From positions 52,387 to 116,386 of the forward strand of contig JAWANI010000001.1 in NCBI GenBank assembly GCA_038895475.1: a stretch of 64,000 bases of DNA. The letters are read 5' to 3'. Below are positions 60,994 to 64,000 of this stretch, in pieces. The DNA comes from Candidatus Woesearchaeota archaeon (GTDB taxonomy: Archaea; Nanobdellota; Nanobdellia; Woesearchaeales; UBA9642). The notes under the pieces are model-generated. The model was not told the origin of the DNA and did not search any database. It saw nothing but the letters and a program-made list of their open reading frames with translations. The position numbers and the translations under genes were made by a program. Within the stretch, counting starts at the first letter, position 1; the number at the start of each line of letters is the position of its first letter.

Positions 60994-61004
60994 ATATGAT
61001 TTGA

Positions 61005-61580
61005 TTAAAAGCTTTCTTTTATTTTACTAAAAAATGTATTCATTTTTTTCCTTCCTTTTGAAAATTTTTCATTGGCAATATCTATAATAAATTTAATATA
61101 TTCTTCATTAACTAAAAGTTTGCTTTCATATGCTATTGGCACATCAATCTTTTCTGTACTGCATATCTCAACAATTAATATATTAGAATCAGCTATTATT
61201 CCGCTTCTTCTAAAACCACTATCACGTGCAATTTTCAATAATTTATTTGCATCATCTATAGCTCTGCAAGCCACATGCAATATCATGTTTTCTTGTCTAA
61301 ACCAGACCCTTTCTTTTGGCAGTTTATTTAAATTATGCATTATTTCTTTAAAGTTTACAGGTTCGTGACTTACAAAAATCCATTTTACATCAGGTTTTTT
61401 ATCTGCTTCTGTTAACAAATAAATCCTTCCACTGCATGAACTTGTAGTATAATAATTTTTAAGAGAATTAATATATTCTATTAATGGAATTATCTGTTCA
61501 TCAACATTTCCCTTTCTAGATTTATCTGGCTTGTAAAGTTTTTCTAAACATAGTTTTTTTTGCAAGTCAAAATCATACAT
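61005..61580 (-). CDS. taw3: tRNA wybutosine-pathway TYW3/Taw3-like methyltransferase
   Basis: 191 aa. 'TSSCSGRIYLL' matches my recollection of the TYW3 signature. Confidence 0.55.
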   Translation of the reverse strand: MYDFDLQKKLCLEKLYKPDKSRKGNVDEQIIPLIEYINSLKNYYTTSSCSGRIYLLTEADKKPDVKWIFVSHEPVNFKEIMHNLNKLPKERVWFRQENMILHVACRAIDDANKLLKIARDSGFRRSGIIADSNILIVEICSTEKIDVPIAYESKLLVNEEYIKFIIDIANEKFSKGRKKMNTFFSKIKESF

Positions 61581-61617
61581 AATAAAAGAAGTTATGTTTT
61601 ATTTTTAGATTTTTCTA

Positions 61618-62472
61618 TTATTTTTTTTCAATAAAACTTTTCATATCCATTACAAATGAATATGCTTCCTTATAATAAACATCATATTGGTCTCCAGAAA
61701 CATGTAATAATTCTCCGTGCATTATGCTTTTTCCAAGGGCATAAAAATTTCTCATAGTATATGCATGTTTTTTGTGTAGTAAGCCTTTTTTTACTAATTT
61801 TTCTTCAAGCATATCTGCTACATGTGCAGGGCTTGGGGGTATTTCATTGATACTCATTAATGCTGCATGTGCTGCATCAATAACTGCCCAGTATAAATCA
61901 AGAGTTGCCTGAAGAATGTGCTGTTTTGAATTTTGCAATGTTTGAGGTGCCAGTGAAAGATAGTTTTGTATACTTTCAGGACTTGGTCTTATTCTGCCTT
62001 GATAAAGAAGTATTTGCAATGGTTCAAAAAAACCTGAATCAATTATAGGTATTCCGTCCCTTAAAATATTTATTGCTATAGGATCCCCCGCTCTTATATA
62101 CTCCCAAAAATTAGTAAATCTTAAAGAAGTGACATGTAATTTTTTAGATATTTTGGCAACTATTTTTTCTAGAATTATCCTGTAAGTTTGTACGAGTTCA
62201 GGACTGAATTCAATTCTTACATCATCAACTATTATCAAAACATCTATATCATTAATTTTTTGGTTGGGCGTAAGCTTTTTATTGTCTATTTTTTGTTCTT
62301 CTATTTTTTTTCTTGCTGTGCTTCCAAACAGTATTATTGCTCTTATCAAATCCTTAAATTCTTTCCTGCATTCCTTTGCAAATTCTATTACAATATCAAT
62401 TTCATGTTGTTCGTATTTTGATTCATTTGTTAAGCTTATTTTTTTATTGATTTTAAACTCCAAAACACCCAC
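61618..62472 (-). CDS. Nucleotidyltransferase-domain protein with an alpha-helical C-terminal domain (possible fused MNT-HEPN-like)
   Basis: 'ILFGSTARKK...DIDVLIIVDD' is a minimal NTase GS...DxD motif. Helical C-terminus with R/H residues. Confidence 0.45.
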   Translation of the reverse strand: MGVLEFKINKKISLTNESKYEQHEIDIVIEFAKECRKEFKDLIRAIILFGSTARKKIEEQKIDNKKLTPNQKINDIDVLIIVDDVRIEFSPELVQTYRIILEKIVAKISKKLHVTSLRFTNFWEYIRAGDPIAINILRDGIPIIDSGFFEPLQILLYQGRIRPSPESIQNYLSLAPQTLQNSKQHILQATLDLYWAVIDAAHAALMSINEIPPSPAHVADMLEEKLVKKGLLHKKHAYTMRNFYALGKSIMHGELLHVSGDQYDVYYKEAYSFVMDMKSFIEKK

Positions 62473-62654
62473 CCCTTTTTATGATACTTTTTGTGATATC
62501 GTAATTTCAAAACATTAATACTAATTTCATTAATTATAATAATCATAACATTATTTAAATAAAATCACAATATTAATTTAATTAAACTTTGGGAGTATAT
62601 TAAACTTAATAACTATTTAATAGTGGTTTAAAAGTTTGAATGAGTAATAAAATC

Positions 62655-64000
62655 TTATTCTAGCGGAACCTCGCTCCATAATTTCCATTCATTACTTGGT
62701 GCATATGCACCAACAATATAATTTGCAGGTGCAGCATAACCAAAGTGCCCCTGTCTTAAGTTTGAAAAATTAAACCTTCTGCCACGTGTACTTAAAGCAT
62801 GTATAGGGCTTCCGAATTCTGCCAAAGTATCATGTAATGCATAAGGATTATCTGAACCTCTTTCAACTATAAAATCTTTTATGCCGGCTTTTTCCATTCT
62901 TTTTATAAATTCTTTCATGGGCACATTACCTTGTCCGGGTGTTAAATGTTCATCATCATAACCAAAATTGTCTGTTAAATGAACATGTCCTATAATTCCT
63001 TCTTTTGCCAATTTTTCAACTTCATCCAAATACCATTTTTCAAATCTTTTCTCAGCTTTCTCAGGATCCTCACCCGGTTTTGCCTGCCAATATTTTCTCC
63101 ATTGATTAAAATGACCTGTATCTATAGTCGCTTTTATATGTGTTTTTGCTTTTTCCATGGCCTCTTCTTTTGAATATCCTTTTTGCATCAACATTTTAGC
63201 CATTTCTTCACGGGATTTTTGTATAAGCGTTCTTATTTCATCAGGATGACTGCCATACATTTGGGGAAGCCAGCTCTCCGGAGCAACATATATTGGTTCT
63301 TGAATATTTTTTTTGTTTTTTTCAGAATAATACATTGCATTAATAGCTGCCTGTGCAATAGTTTCTGTACTTTTATTTAATCCATAATCTTCTAATGTTG
63401 TTATTCTGTTCATTCTTTCCAAGGCTTGTTGTGCTCTAGCATCATAAGATGATGAGGCTTCATGAATATGTCTCATTTGATTTGTTAAATCTTTTATTTG
63501 TTCCTTTATTATTTCAGAAGGCATTTTTTCTTCTCTTGTTGAATATTTTGCTCCAAGTTCTCTGGTTACTCCTTTAGGAATATATTCTAATAATTTCCAT
63601 CTTTCCTCAGGCGGTGTTGATTTTTCTAATTTTTCTACAAACTTAAGATTTTCCATTAGTGCATCTCTTTCCTTTTTTAATTCTTCATACCTTTGAGCAT
63701 GATATAATGATGCACCCTTAGCTTCAAGAACAGAATTGGCAATCTGACTTTTCATAAAAAGAACTTCTGGAGTTATATTTATTCCTCTTTTTTTAAGTTC
63801 TTCAGACTCTCTTACATAATCCTCAAACTTTTTCTCTTCTACATAAAAATTTGTTTTTTCCTTATTCCATTTAGGAACTCTGTCGAATAATCTTTCAGTA
63901 TTTTTAGGATCAAGCAACCATTCTTTTTTTATTGCATTACCATCAATATCTACCCAGTCATTTTTTTCAACAATAAAACCATACTTGTCTTTTTTACCCA
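62655..64000 (-). CDS. Protein with a C-terminal xylose-isomerase-like TIM-barrel (sugar-phosphate isomerase/epimerase / AP-endonuclease-2 fold); the 5' end runs off the window
   Basis: 'GIIGHVHLTDNFGYDDEHLTPGQGNVPMKEFIKRMEKAGI'. The frame stays open upstream of the ORF-track TTG start (63917) to the window edge. Confidence 0.5.
   Translation of the reverse strand, partial: GKKDKYGFIVEKNDWVDIDGNAIKKEWLLDPKNTERLFDRVPKWNKEKTNFYVEEKKFEDYVRESEELKKRGINITPEVLFMKSQIANSVLEAKGASLYHAQRYEELKKERDALMENLKFVEKLEKSTPPEERWKLLEYIPKGVTRELGAKYSTREEKMPSEIIKEQIKDLTNQMRHIHEASSSYDARAQQALERMNRITTLEDYGLNKSTETIAQAAINAMYYSEKNKKNIQEPIYVAPESWLPQMYGSHPDEIRTLIQKSREEMAKMLMQKGYSKEEAMEKAKTHIKATIDTGHFNQWRKYWQAKPGEDPEKAEKRFEKWYLDEVEKLAKEGIIGHVHLTDNFGYDDEHLTPGQGNVPMKEFIKRMEKAGIKDFIVERGSDNPYALHDTLAEFGSPIHALSTRGRRFNFSNLRQGHFGYAAPANYIVGAYAPSNEWKLWSEVPLE

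Noticed and set aside
1-64000. CRISPR array, rRNA genes, transposase/integrase genes
   Set aside because: No regularly spaced direct repeats of 25-40 bp and no rRNA-like GC-rich blocks longer than 300 nt. No ORF with DDE/tyrosine-recombinase motifs was seen.

Overview
AT-rich archaeal chromosomal segment, densely coding on both strands. The archaeal assignment rests on an archaeal-type P0/P1 ribosomal stalk next to L1, an EF-2/EF-1alpha/S10 cluster, an L7Ae-S28e-L24e-ndk cluster, aCPSF1, proteasome beta, diphthine synthase, DRG GTPase, TYW3, and four tRNAs of which three carry short anticodon-loop introns. Gene content suggests a small-genome, possibly host-associated (DPANN-like) lineage; this is inference only. 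The evidence for it is a bacterial-type grpE-dnaK-dnaJ operon, many Cys-rich secreted and adhesin-like proteins, and a type IV pilus locus (FlaI-like ATPase, two TadB/C-like membrane proteins, two class III signal-peptide pilins) with a distant prepilin peptidase. Also present are two paralogous P2-type P-type ATPases, a prokaryotic pentameric ligand-gated ion channel homolog, a cation/proton antiporter and CorA. No rRNA, CRISPR array or obvious mobile element was seen. The most unusual items are: (i) a roughly 290-nt GC-rich, ORF-free island at 53950-54240 that looks like a structured RNA of unresolved class; (ii) a thymidylate-synthase-fold protein whose catalytic Cys position is Ser, next to a 524-aa uncharacterised protein and an operator-like repeat array under an Lrp-family regulator; (iii) two tandem HIT-fold paralogs whose histidine triads are incomplete (HxLxH and HxCxD), each with a low-complexity tail; (iv) a very large Asn/Ile-rich exported protein ending in a lipase-type alpha/beta-hydrolase domain; (v) two small genes inserted between grpE and dnaK. 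Several sub-60-aa genes missing from the ORF track were recovered by eye: L24e, a 53-aa Zn-ribbon protein, a 44-aa Zn-ribbon protein and a 55-aa hyper-acidic ORF. All identifications are from motif recognition by eye; no searches were run.
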